Positions 1 to 7,800 of a DNA stretch of 15,003 nt are shown here, in pieces. Made by a program: the position numbers and the translations under genes. Numbering within the stretch: the stretch's first letter is position 1; the number at the start of each line of letters is the position of its first letter. Origin of the DNA: a virus. Its lineage: Duplodnaviria > Heunggongvirae > Uroviricota > Caudoviricetes. A model generated the notes under the pieces. The model ran no database searches. It worked only from the letters and a program-made list of their open reading frames with translations, and was not told the DNA's origin. The stretch is from IMG/VR virus record IMGVR_UViG_2695420897_000031. One strand, given 5' to 3'.

Positions 1-483
1 ATGACGAAGAAAAAAGCACATAAACCTGGTTCAGCGACCATCGCGCTTAACAAGCGCGCCCGTCACGAATACTTTATCGAAGAAGAGTTCGAAGCGGGAC
101 TTGCCCTGCAAGGCTGGGAGGTTAAATCCCTGCGCGCAGGAAAAGCCAATATCAGCGACAGCTACGTCCTTCTGCGTGACGGAGAGGCATTTCTGTTTGG
201 CGCTAACATCACGCCAATGGCCGTGGCCTCCACGCATGTGGTGTGCGATCCTACCCGTACCCGCAAGTTACTTCTCAACCAACGCGAACTGGACTCATTG
301 TACGGTCGCGTCAATCGAGAAGGCTATACCGTAGTGGCGCTCTCCCTGTACTGGAAAAATGCCTGGTGCAAAGTGAAAATCGGCGTCGCCAAAGGTAAAA
401 AACAGCACGATAAACGTTCAGATATCAAAGAACGCGAATGGCAGGTGGATAAAGCACGTATCATGAAAAACGCCCACCGTTAA
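1..483 (+). CDS. smpB: SsrA-binding protein SmpB (tmRNA partner in trans-translation)
   Basis: 160-aa ORF that I recognise along its full length as enterobacterial SmpB ([55 protein letters not shown]...KNAHR). It lies immediately upstream of ssrA, as in E. coli. Confidence 0.97.
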
Positions 484-649
484 ACCTGCACTCCAATTAT
501 TGACCAGTTCCTCACCGCGCCTCCCTCTCCGGCGGCGCGAATGAACATCTTATTGGCTATCACATCCGACACAAATGTTGCCATCCCATTGCTTAATCGA
601 ATAAAAATCAGGCTACATGGGTGCTAAATCTTTAACGATAACGCCATTG

Positions 650-690
650 AGGCTGGTCATGGCGCTCATAAATCTGGTATACTTACCTTT
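650..690 (+). promoter_or_regulatory. putative ssrA promoter region (-10-like TATACT at 678-683)
   Basis: TATACT hexamer sits 15-20 nt upstream of the mature tmRNA 5' end at 698, consistent with a short 5' leader on the precursor. I could not place a -35 element confidently. Confidence 0.35.
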
Positions 691-697
691 ACACATT

Positions 698-1060
698 GGG
701 GCTGATTCTGGATTCGACGGGATTTGCGAAACCCAAGGTGCATGCCGAGGGGCGGTTGGCCTCGTAAAAAGCCGCAAAAAATAGTCGCAAACGACGAAAA
801 CTACGCTTTAGCAGCTTAATAACCTGCTTAGAGCCCTCTCTCCCTAGCCTCCGCTCTTAGGACGGGGATCAAGAGAGGTCAAACCCAAAAGAGATCGCGT
901 GGAAGCCCTGCCTGGGGTTGAAGCGTTAAAACTTAATCAGGCTAGTTTGTTAGTGGCGTGTCCGTCCGCAGCTGGCAAGCGAATGTAAAGACTGACTAAG
1001 CATGTAGTACCGAGGATGTAGGAATTTCGGACGCGGGTTCAACTCCCGCCAGCTCCACCA
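698..1060 (+). ncRNA. ssrA: tmRNA (SsrA), 363 nt
   Basis: Starts GGGGCTGATTCTGGATTCGACGGG and ends with the tRNA-like GGTTCAACTCCCGCCAGCTCCACCA. The tag reading frame GCA AAC GAC GAA AAC TAC GCT TTA GCA GCT TAA (ANDENYALAA-stop) is at 787-819. Confidence 0.95.
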
Positions 1061-1188
1061 ATCATGATTGGACGGTGTAAGGACAACACCAACAAAAACA
1101 GGAAGTTAGCAGTCTCAGCAGGACACCGACCAGACGGTGAGGAGACAAAAAAGGATACGCAAAGGAGCCGCGGCTCTCAAGTGTGAAA

Positions 1189-1216
1189 GAAGCCCGCAAA
1201 TTGCGGGCTTTTTTAT
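1189..1216 (+). terminator. rho-independent terminator-like hairpin upstream of ORF1
   Basis: GC-rich inverted repeat AAGCCCGCAA / TTGCGGGCTT followed by TTTTTTATT. It lies about 130 nt downstream of the tmRNA CCA end. Confidence 0.55.
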
Positions 1217-1269
1217 TGATCAGTCAACAATAAACAGTAACCGAATGAGAATTTAATAAGGATATTCAT

Positions 1270-2301
1270 ATGGAAGCTACTGTGGATTCGATTGATTTTC
1301 TGATCCGTAGTGAAGATGATTTTCTAAACTTTCTGGAAGAAATGAAAGCCCGAGAGGGGCTTGATTCTAAAGAGTTTATTTTCCCTAACGTAAAGTTTGC
1401 AGGCTGGCCATCCTTAGACATAAATGTAAAAGGAGAGCGGTATCATTCATCAATTACATCAGCAATGTTGTTTGGTATGTCAATGCTCAACGAGGAGATA
1501 CAGCGGGCGTTTGCAACCATACGATACGGATCGCAGAATCTTCAACGCTTGACTAATGAAGACAAGCAACGACTTGATATAAATTTTAAAATTAGCGAAG
1601 GTTCTAGTGATGCGGAAGGCACCACTGACAAGATCATCAACGCAGTAACTGATTTTTTGCGAGATACTATGTCTGGACTGAACGGCTGGCAGAAAATGCT
1701 TGTTATAATCACAATGGTTGGCGCGGCCAGCACATGTGGTTATCACTACATTTCAGAAAATGCCGTAACAGAAAGACATGCAACTGATCGGCAGGTTGAA
1801 ATTGCAAAAACCACATCCGATGGCATAAACAAAGCCATAGAAGCAACATTAGATTATAAAATCTATGGGAAATCAGCGATTAGCGATAAAGTTACTAGTC
1901 ACGGACAAGCAGGTAAAAGTGCTTTAGTGAAGCAATTAGCTGCTGATCCTACTGTCGAAACCGTGACTTTAGGAAATGAGAAACTAACACGACAAGACCT
2001 AAATACCTACAACAGCCGACAATCTGTAGATAGAGAACGTAAAGAACGAACTGATATATTTTCCATCAAAGGTGTAACCAGAACAGGGCCAACAAATCAG
2101 GATATTAATATTAACGTTGTTAGGGTCTCTAATGACGAATGCTTCACAATCAAAGCTTCAGCTGATGTTATCACCCAAGATGAGTTGACAGCTATTGTTG
2201 ACGCTTTGTCAAACAACTCTCATATTAAAATCAGTTACTTAGAGGTAATTGAAAAGGGTGCTGTTTCTATAGGTCAGTTCAACACTATTGTTTCAGAATA
2301 A
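1270..2301 (+). CDS. hypothetical protein, 343 aa (ORF1); unknown function, with one hydrophobic stretch
   Basis: Long uninterrupted ORF with an AAGGA Shine-Dalgarno 7 nt upstream of the ATG. Markedly AT-rich compared with the flanking pin and baseplate genes (judged by eye). Hydrophobic stretch MLVIITMVGAASTCGYHY at residues 143-160 (nt 1696-1749). No family recognised, no canonical Walker A. Confidence 0.6.
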   Translation: MEATVDSIDFLIRSEDDFLNFLEEMKAREGLDSKEFIFPNVKFAGWPSLDINVKGERYHSSITSAMLFGMSMLNEEIQRAFATIRYGSQNLQRLTNEDKQRLDINFKISEGSSDAEGTTDKIINAVTDFLRDTMSGLNGWQKMLVIITMVGAASTCGYHYISENAVTERHATDRQVEIAKTTSDGINKAIEATLDYKIYGKSAISDKVTSHGQAGKSALVKQLAADPTVETVTLGNEKLTRQDLNTYNSRQSVDRERKERTDIFSIKGVTRTGPTNQDININVVRVSNDECFTIKASADVITQDELTAIVDALSNNSHIKISYLEVIEKGAVSIGQFNTIVSE

Positions 2302-2352
2302 TCACTTAACCCCATTTATGTCGGTTGAGGTTATAAGTCACGGAGACCAGAT

Positions 2353-2697
2353 ATGTCCTTAAAGTATGCACATGAAAAATTTCATACTGCAGTACTTACT
2401 CTTGCGGGCCATGGAAGTATTCAAGAACGCTTGATTAATTCGTATGTTTTTAGCCTTGGGCATCTTAAAACAGCCGATGATATTCCAAATGCCTTACAAA
2501 GCAGGTTCGATGAATTATGTAAGGAACTGACTAAGTTTGATGCCACTGGCGATGAGGGGCGAGTTCAAGCAACAGTATCAAAACTTAACGATTTCGAGAT
2601 CAATAAACTGATCGAAGATATTGTCAGTCTTAACGATGATATTTGCATGAAATTGGCTCTGACGGATGAGACTTACCAAGACATACACCAAAGTTAA
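2353..2697 (+). CDS. hypothetical acidic protein, 114 aa (ORF2); probably co-transcribed with ORF1
   Basis: ORF starts 52 nt after ORF1 on the same strand, with GGAG 6-9 nt upstream of the ATG. AT-rich and D/E-rich. No family recognised. Confidence 0.55.
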   Translation: MSLKYAHEKFHTAVLTLAGHGSIQERLINSYVFSLGHLKTADDIPNALQSRFDELCKELTKFDATGDEGRVQATVSKLNDFEINKLIEDIVSLNDDICMKLALTDETYQDIHQS

Positions 2698-2724
2698 TTG
2701 ATTAAATTCAAAAAGTTAACGTTC

Positions 2725-2747
2725 AACCAGCCAGTTTTTGGCTGGTT
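2725..2747. terminator. hairpin between convergent ORF2 (+) and ORF70 (-), possible bidirectional terminator
   Basis: Perfect 8-bp stem AACCAGCC / GGCTGGTT with a 7-nt T-rich loop, T-rich on both flanks, located between two convergent ORFs. Confidence 0.45.
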
Positions 2748-2781
2748 TATTGTCTTATAATATTCTTGCTCGAATGATGCA

Positions 2782-2994
2782 CTATTTATGATGTAATCCG
2801 GACATCAGTTCATGGACAAGATTATCTCTTTCATTGTGTTGCAACCGTAAATGCATAGCAAAAAGGTGAGCACTATCCTCATTCCTCTTCAAGCCATGCT
2901 GTTCAAGATACCCGAAAAAACGGCTTCTCTTATCCGCTATTTCCTGAGTCTGACGTGCAACATTTACCAAATTTTCTAGCGTTTTTCTTGGCAT
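2782..2994 (-). CDS. hypothetical small protein, 70 aa (ORF70), downstream of pin on the same strand
   Basis: ORF with a strong AGGAGG Shine-Dalgarno 7 nt upstream of the ATG (reverse complement of 2995-3010). No cysteines, no recognised family. Confidence 0.5.
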   Translation of the reverse strand: MPRKTLENLVNVARQTQEIADKRSRFFGYLEQHGLKRNEDSAHLFAMHLRLQHNERDNLVHELMSGLHHK

Positions 2995-3192
2995 ACTATT
3001 TCCTCCTGAAATTGTTGTAATTCACTAGGATATTCATTTTAATTTGTATCATTTAGTACCAAAACCGCTATCAATTAATAAAGCCATCGTTGTGGTTTAC
3101 CTTGCAGCCGTTTTTTGTCATTGACTCTATGTGAAAATAATGAATCATCATGAGATTGGCTCACACGTTCTTGAATTCGACGAGCTGTGTCT

Positions 3193-3747
3193 TTATTTAT
3201 CTCCTGCCGGAAACCTCTGATACAAAGTCGATACGCCAACATCATAGATAATCGCAACTTTCTGGCGCGGAACTCCTGATGCAATTAATCGTCCGGCTTG
3301 TGCCCATTGTTCTGGTGTAAGTTTGGGACGACGTCCACCAATTCGTCCCTGTGCGCGAGCAGCTTCCAGTCCAGCTTTTGTTCGTTCAACAATCAGTTCT
3401 CGTTCCATTTCAGCCAGGGCCCCCATCACATGAAAGAAAAAGCGCCCCATTGGGGTACTGGTATCAATTGAATCCGTCAGACTACGAAAGTTGATGCCTC
3501 GTTCGCGCAACTCCTCCACCAGCACGACAAGATGCCGCATACTGCGCCCCAGTCGGTCCAGTTTCCAGACCACCAGCGTATCGCCTGCCGATAATGTCCT
3601 GAGCAGTTTTTTCAGTCCCGGCCTTTCGGACTTTGTACCGCTTATCTTGTCTTCAAAAATCAGCTCGCATCCTGCACAGTTCAGCGCATTACGTTGTAGA
3701 TCTGTGTTCTGGTCATTTGTTGACACACGTACATAGCCAATAAGCAT
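3193..3747 (-). CDS. pin: serine DNA invertase, Pin/Gin/Cin/Hin family (184 aa)
   Basis: Starts MLIGYVRVSTNDQNTDLQRNALNCAGCE... and continues with VVWKLDRLGRSMRHL and GRFFFHVMGALAEMEREL, which I recognise as the small serine invertase family. Its 5' end abuts a cix-like site and a tail-fibre cassette. The six-frame ORF extends 12 codons upstream (to 3783) but the family start is the internal ATG at 3745-3747, which has a GGGAG RBS. Symbol pin is by analogy with the e14 arrangement, not from exact identity. Confidence 0.9.
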   Translation of the reverse strand: MLIGYVRVSTNDQNTDLQRNALNCAGCELIFEDKISGTKSERPGLKKLLRTLSAGDTLVVWKLDRLGRSMRHLVVLVEELRERGINFRSLTDSIDTSTPMGRFFFHVMGALAEMERELIVERTKAGLEAARAQGRIGGRRPKLTPEQWAQAGRLIASGVPRQKVAIIYDVGVSTLYQRFPAGDK

Positions 3748-3801
3748 GGTAGATCTCCCTGACAAAAGCAGGAATGATGCCATTTGCTCGTTATTTCTGC
3801 A

Positions 3802-3827
3802 TTTTCATAAACGTTGGTTTAAGAGCA
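3802..3827. other. cix-like recombination crossover site, pin-proximal (TTTTCATAAACG TT GGTTTAAGAGCA)
   Basis: 26-bp site with imperfect dyad symmetry around a central TT, resembling gix/cix/hix sites (AAACC-NN-GGTTT core). Sequence identity with the Sc-proximal site at 14085-14110 begins exactly at the central dinucleotide. Confidence 0.7.
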
Positions 3828-4124
3828 AGCGGGCAGTACACCGATAATTTGTTATTTACAGGTCCTGATGGTCTTAAGATTCAGGTGTTTCGCCGGACGC
3901 TCGCAAATTTGACTACTGTCGGTGTAGTAAATTCTGTGCCAGTGACTTTCCCTGTCCCGTTCCCTGTTAATTGCTGGGGCGTTTTTTCTACCAAATTAAC
4001 ATGGGTTCAGATAACTAACTCATGCGAGTGGGTAAGCAATACAGGATTTACCGCTCAGGTCATGATGAATATTGCTGTAAATACAAACACCTCAGACGCT
4101 ATGTTTTTAGCTATAGGATATTAA
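3816..4124 (+). other. tail-fibre variable C-terminal cassette SvA, promoterless copy facing pin (silent orientation)
   Basis: Identical to the C-terminal 103 codons of the tail-fibre CDS at 13808-14407, but here it has no constant N-terminal part. The six-frame ORF 3774..4124 is a read-through from the pin leader and not a real start. Confidence 0.65.
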
Positions 4125-4125
4125 T

Positions 4126-4566
4126 ATGAATCGTTTTGTGTTCAGTCCATCTGAGTCCCGTTTTTATGCCATCGAGTGGCAGGCTGATTATGTTGATAAT
4201 AATTGTTGGCCACATGATGCCATTAACGTTAGTGACAGTATTTATTATGAGTTTTCCGGCACTCCCCCTACAGGTAAGCAACTTATAACTTTAAATAACA
4301 TGCCAGCATGGGGTGATATTCCTCCACCTACACGAGAAGAATTAATTGTCGCTGCTGATGTGGAGAAGCAAAAAAGAATAGATTTAGCCAATGATTACAT
4401 GAACGGTAAGCAATGGCCTGGTAAAGCAGCTATTGGTCGTCTGAAAGGTGGGGAACTGGCACAATATAATTTGTGGCTGGATTATCTGGACGCACTGGAG
4501 CTGGTCGATACCGCCAGTGCGCCAGATATTGAATGGCCTACGCCTCCGGCAGTTCAGGCAAGATGA
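4126..4566 (+). CDS. tail fibre assembly protein (Tfa/Mu-U-like chaperone), variant A
   Basis: 146-aa ORF beginning 2 nt after the SvA stop. Sequence (MNRFVFSPSESRFYAIEWQADY...LWLDYLDALELVDTASAPDIEWP) is typical of the phage Tfa family that pairs with invertible fibre cassettes. Confidence 0.8.
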   Translation: MNRFVFSPSESRFYAIEWQADYVDNNCWPHDAINVSDSIYYEFSGTPPTGKQLITLNNMPAWGDIPPPTREELIVAADVEKQKRIDLANDYMNGKQWPGKAAIGRLKGGELAQYNLWLDYLDALELVDTASAPDIEWPTPPAVQAR

Positions 4567-4736
4567 CATCCGGCGCGGTGCTGGTATCTGTTGCCGTCAC
4601 CGCGTCAATGTAATCCAGCACAGTGTTAAGGCTGGTTGTTTCTGCCTGCGTCAGTTTACGTCCGGCCTGCAATTTCAGCTGAATCAGACTGATTGAAGCC
4701 ATTGCAGCATCAATCAGTGACTGGCGCTGTGCTTCA
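4538..4736 (-). pseudogene. 3' fragment of tail fibre assembly gene tfaB, cut at junction 4736|4737
   Basis: Reverse complement of the 3' end of the complete tfaB at 8924-9526. It differs from the other copies at one base (4708 C versus T, Thr to Ala in the tfaB frame). It ends abruptly where smpB-derived sequence resumes. Confidence 0.6.
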
Positions 4737-5091
4737 CCTGCGCGCAGGAAAAGCCAATATCAGCGACAGCTACGTCCTTCTGCGTGACGGAGAGGCATTT
4801 CTGTTTGGCGCTAACATCACGCCAATGGCCGTGGCCTCCACGCATGTGGTGTGCGATCCTACCCGTACCCGCAAGTTACTTCTCAACCAACGCGAACTGG
4901 ACTCATTGTACGGTCGCGTCAATCGAGAAGGCTATACCGTAGTGGCGCTCTCCCTGTACTGGAAAAATGCCTGGTGCAAAGTGAAAATCGGCGTCGCCAA
5001 AGGTAAAAAACAGCACGATAAACGTTCAGATATCAAAGAACGCGAATGGCAGGTGGATAAAGCACGTATCATGAAAAACGCCCACCGTTAA
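4737..5091 (+). pseudogene. smpB: smpB 3' fragment (lacks the first 128 nt)
   Basis: Identical to smpB 129-483. The six-frame ORF 4693..5091 is an artefactual fusion of tfaB antisense sequence to the smpB frame. Confidence 0.7.
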
Positions 5092-5305
5092 ACCTGCACT
5101 CCAATTATTGACCAGTTCCTCACCGCGCCTCCCTCTCCGGCGGCGCGAATGAACATCTTATTGGCTATCACATCCGACACAAATGTTGCCATCCCATTGC
5201 TTAATCGAATAAAAATCAGGCTACATGGGTGCTAAATCTTTAACGATAACGCCATTGAGGCTGGTCATGGCGCTCATAAATCTGGTATACTTACCTTTAC
5301 ACATT

Positions 5306-5668
5306 GGGGCTGATTCTGGATTCGACGGGATTTGCGAAACCCAAGGTGCATGCCGAGGGGCGGTTGGCCTCGTAAAAAGCCGCAAAAAATAGTCGCAAAC
5401 GACGAAAACTACGCTTTAGCAGCTTAATAACCTGCTTAGAGCCCTCTCTCCCTAGCCTCCGCTCTTAGGACGGGGATCAAGAGAGGTCAAACCCAAAAGA
5501 GATCGCGTGGAAGCCCTGCCTGGGGTTGAAGCGTTAAAACTTAATCAGGCTAGTTTGTTAGTGGCGTGTCCGTCCGCAGCTGGCAAGCGAATGTAAAGAC
5601 TGACTAAGCATGTAGTACCGAGGATGTAGGAATTTCGGACGCGGGTTCAACTCCCGCCAGCTCCACCA
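5306..5668 (+). ncRNA. ssrA: tmRNA (SsrA), second copy
   Basis: Identical to 698-1060 (offset +4608). Confidence 0.9.
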
Positions 5669-5877
5669 ATCATGATTGGACGGTGTAAGGACAACACCAA
5701 CAAAAACAGGAAGTTAGCAGTCTCAGCAGGACACCGACCAGACGGTGAGGAGACAAAAAAGGATACGCAAAGGAGCCGCGGCTCTCAAGTGTGAAAGAAG
5801 CCCGCAAATTGCGGGCTTTTTTATTGATCAGTCAACAATAAACAGTAACCGAATGAGAATTTAATAAGGATATTCAT

Positions 5878-6909
5878 ATGGAAGCTACTGTGGATTCGAT
5901 TGATTTTCTGATCCGTAGTGAAGATGATTTTCTAAACTTTCTGGAAGAAATGAAAGCCCGAGAGGGGCTTGATTCTAAAGAGTTTATTTTCCCTAACGTA
6001 AAGTTTGCAGGCTGGCCATCCTTAGACATAAATGTAAAAGGAGAGCGGTATCATTCATCAATTACATCAGCAATGTTGTTTGGTATGTCAATGCTCAACG
6101 AGGAGATACAGCGGGCGTTTGCAACCATACGATACGGATCGCAGAATCTTCAACGCTTGACTAATGAAGACAAGCAACGACTTGATATAAATTTTAAAAT
6201 TAGCGAAGGTTCTAGTGATGCGGAAGGCACCACTGACAAGATCATCAACGCAGTAACTGATTTTTTGCGAGATACTATGTCTGGACTGAACGGCTGGCAG
6301 AAAATGCTTGTTATAATCACAATGGTTGGCGCGGCCAGCACATGTGGTTATCACTACATTTCAGAAAATGCCGTAACAGAAAGACATGCAACTGATCGGC
6401 AGGTTGAAATTGCAAAAACCACATCCGATGGCATAAACAAAGCCATAGAAGCAACATTAGATTATAAAATCTATGGGAAATCAGCGATTAGCGATAAAGT
6501 TACTAGTCACGGACAAGCAGGTAAAAGTGCTTTAGTGAAGCAATTAGCTGCTGATCCTACTGTCGAAACCGTGACTTTAGGAAATGAGAAACTAACACGA
6601 CAAGACCTAAATACCTACAACAGCCGACAATCTGTAGATAGAGAACGTAAAGAACGAACTGATATATTTTCCATCAAAGGTGTAACCAGAACAGGGCCAA
6701 CAAATCAGGATATTAATATTAACGTTGTTAGGGTCTCTAATGACGAATGCTTCACAATCAAAGCTTCAGCTGATGTTATCACCCAAGATGAGTTGACAGC
6801 TATTGTTGACGCTTTGTCAAACAACTCTCATATTAAAATCAGTTACTTAGAGGTAATTGAAAAGGGTGCTGTTTCTATAGGTCAGTTCAACACTATTGTT
6901 TCAGAATAA
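5878..6909 (+). CDS. hypothetical protein, 343 aa (ORF1, second copy)
   Basis: Identical translation to 1270-2301. Confidence 0.6.
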   Translation: MEATVDSIDFLIRSEDDFLNFLEEMKAREGLDSKEFIFPNVKFAGWPSLDINVKGERYHSSITSAMLFGMSMLNEEIQRAFATIRYGSQNLQRLTNEDKQRLDINFKISEGSSDAEGTTDKIINAVTDFLRDTMSGLNGWQKMLVIITMVGAASTCGYHYISENAVTERHATDRQVEIAKTTSDGINKAIEATLDYKIYGKSAISDKVTSHGQAGKSALVKQLAADPTVETVTLGNEKLTRQDLNTYNSRQSVDRERKERTDIFSIKGVTRTGPTNQDININVVRVSNDECFTIKASADVITQDELTAIVDALSNNSHIKISYLEVIEKGAVSIGQFNTIVSE

Positions 6910-6960
6910 TCACTTAACCCCATTTATGTCGGTTGAGGTTATAAGTCACGGAGACCAGAT

Positions 6961-7305
6961 ATGTCCTTAAAGTATGCACATGAAAAATTTCATACTGCAG
7001 TACTTACTCTTGCGGGCCATGGAAGTATTCAAGAACGCTTGATTAATTCGTATGTTTTTAGCCTTGGGCATCTTAAAACAGCCGATGATATTCCAAATGC
7101 CTTACAAAGCAGGTTCGATGAATTATGTAAGGAACTGACTAAGTTTGATGCCACTGGCGATGAGGGGCGAGTTCAAGCAACAGTATCAAAACTTAACGAT
7201 TTCGAGATCAATAAACTGATCGAAGATATTGTCAGTCTTAACGATGATATTTGCATGAAATTGGCTCTGACGGATGAGACTTACCAAGACATACACCAAA
7301 GTTAA
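6961..7305 (+). CDS. hypothetical acidic protein, 114 aa (ORF2, second copy)
   Basis: Identical translation to 2353-2697. Confidence 0.55.
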   Translation: MSLKYAHEKFHTAVLTLAGHGSIQERLINSYVFSLGHLKTADDIPNALQSRFDELCKELTKFDATGDEGRVQATVSKLNDFEINKLIEDIVSLNDDICMKLALTDETYQDIHQS

Positions 7306-7389
7306 TTGATTAAATTCAAAAAGTTAACGTTCAACCAGCCAGTTTTTGGCTGGTTTATTGTCTTATAATATTCTTGCTCGAATGATGCA

Positions 7390-7602
7390 CTATTTATGAT
7401 GTAATCCGGACATCAGTTCATGGACAAGATTATCTCTTTCATTGTGTTGCAACCGTAAATGCATAGCAAAAAGGTGAGCACTATCCTCATTCCTCTTCAA
7501 GCCATGCTGTTCAAGATACCCGAAAAAACGGCTTCTCTTATCCGCTATTTCCTGAGTCTGACGTGCAACATTTACCAAATTTTCTAGCGTTTTTCTTGGC
7601 AT
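7390..7602 (-). CDS. hypothetical small protein, 70 aa (ORF70, second copy)
   Basis: Identical translation to 2782-2994. Confidence 0.5.
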   Translation of the reverse strand: MPRKTLENLVNVARQTQEIADKRSRFFGYLEQHGLKRNEDSAHLFAMHLRLQHNERDNLVHELMSGLHHK

Positions 7603-7800
7603 ACTATTTCCTCCTGAAATTGTTGTAATTCACTAGGATATTCATTTTAATTTGTATCATTTAGTACCAAAACCGCTATCAATTAATAAAGCCATCGTTG
7701 TGGTTTACCTTGCAGCCGTTTTTTGTCATTGACTCTATGTGAAAATAATGAATCATCATGAGATTGGCTCACACGTTCTTGAATTCGACGAGCTGTGTCT

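Larger units (their letters stand above)
129..3820. repeat. direct repeat copy 1 (smpB 3' part through pin and cix half-site); same sequence as 4737-8428
   Basis: Offset of +4608 holds at every block I compared, and ORF translations are identical. Divergence begins at 3821 versus 8429, 5 bp past the cix centre. Confidence 0.85.

Noticed and set aside
101-334. 77-aa alternative-frame ORF inside smpB and 68-aa antisense ORF at 31..237
   Set aside because: Embedded in a confidently identified, highly conserved gene.
1480-1746. Antisense ORFs (88 aa and 63 aa) inside ORF1, repeated at 6088..6354
   Set aside because: Fully embedded on the opposite strand of a longer ORF with a better RBS. Typical spurious ORFs in AT-rich sequence.
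3075-3284. 69-aa minus-strand ORF overlapping the 3' end of pin
   Set aside because: Overlaps the well-supported pin CDS out of frame and has no convincing RBS. Likely spurious, although the pin-ORF70 intergenic region may hold a promoter.
3774-4124. 116-aa ORF starting MMPFARYFCIFINVGL and running into the SvA cassette (also 8382..8924 running into SvB)
   Set aside because: The first 16 codons are antisense to the pin leader and read across the cix site into a cassette that is normally expressed only as a fusion to the constant fibre N-terminus. This is a read-through artefact of ORF calling, not a separate gene.
4384-4696. ORFs of 61 aa and 82 aa overlapping the tfaA/tfaB convergent region (also at 9368..9680 and 14667..14979)
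   Set aside because: They are antisense or out-of-frame with respect to the recognisable Tfa genes and recur only because the region is repeated.
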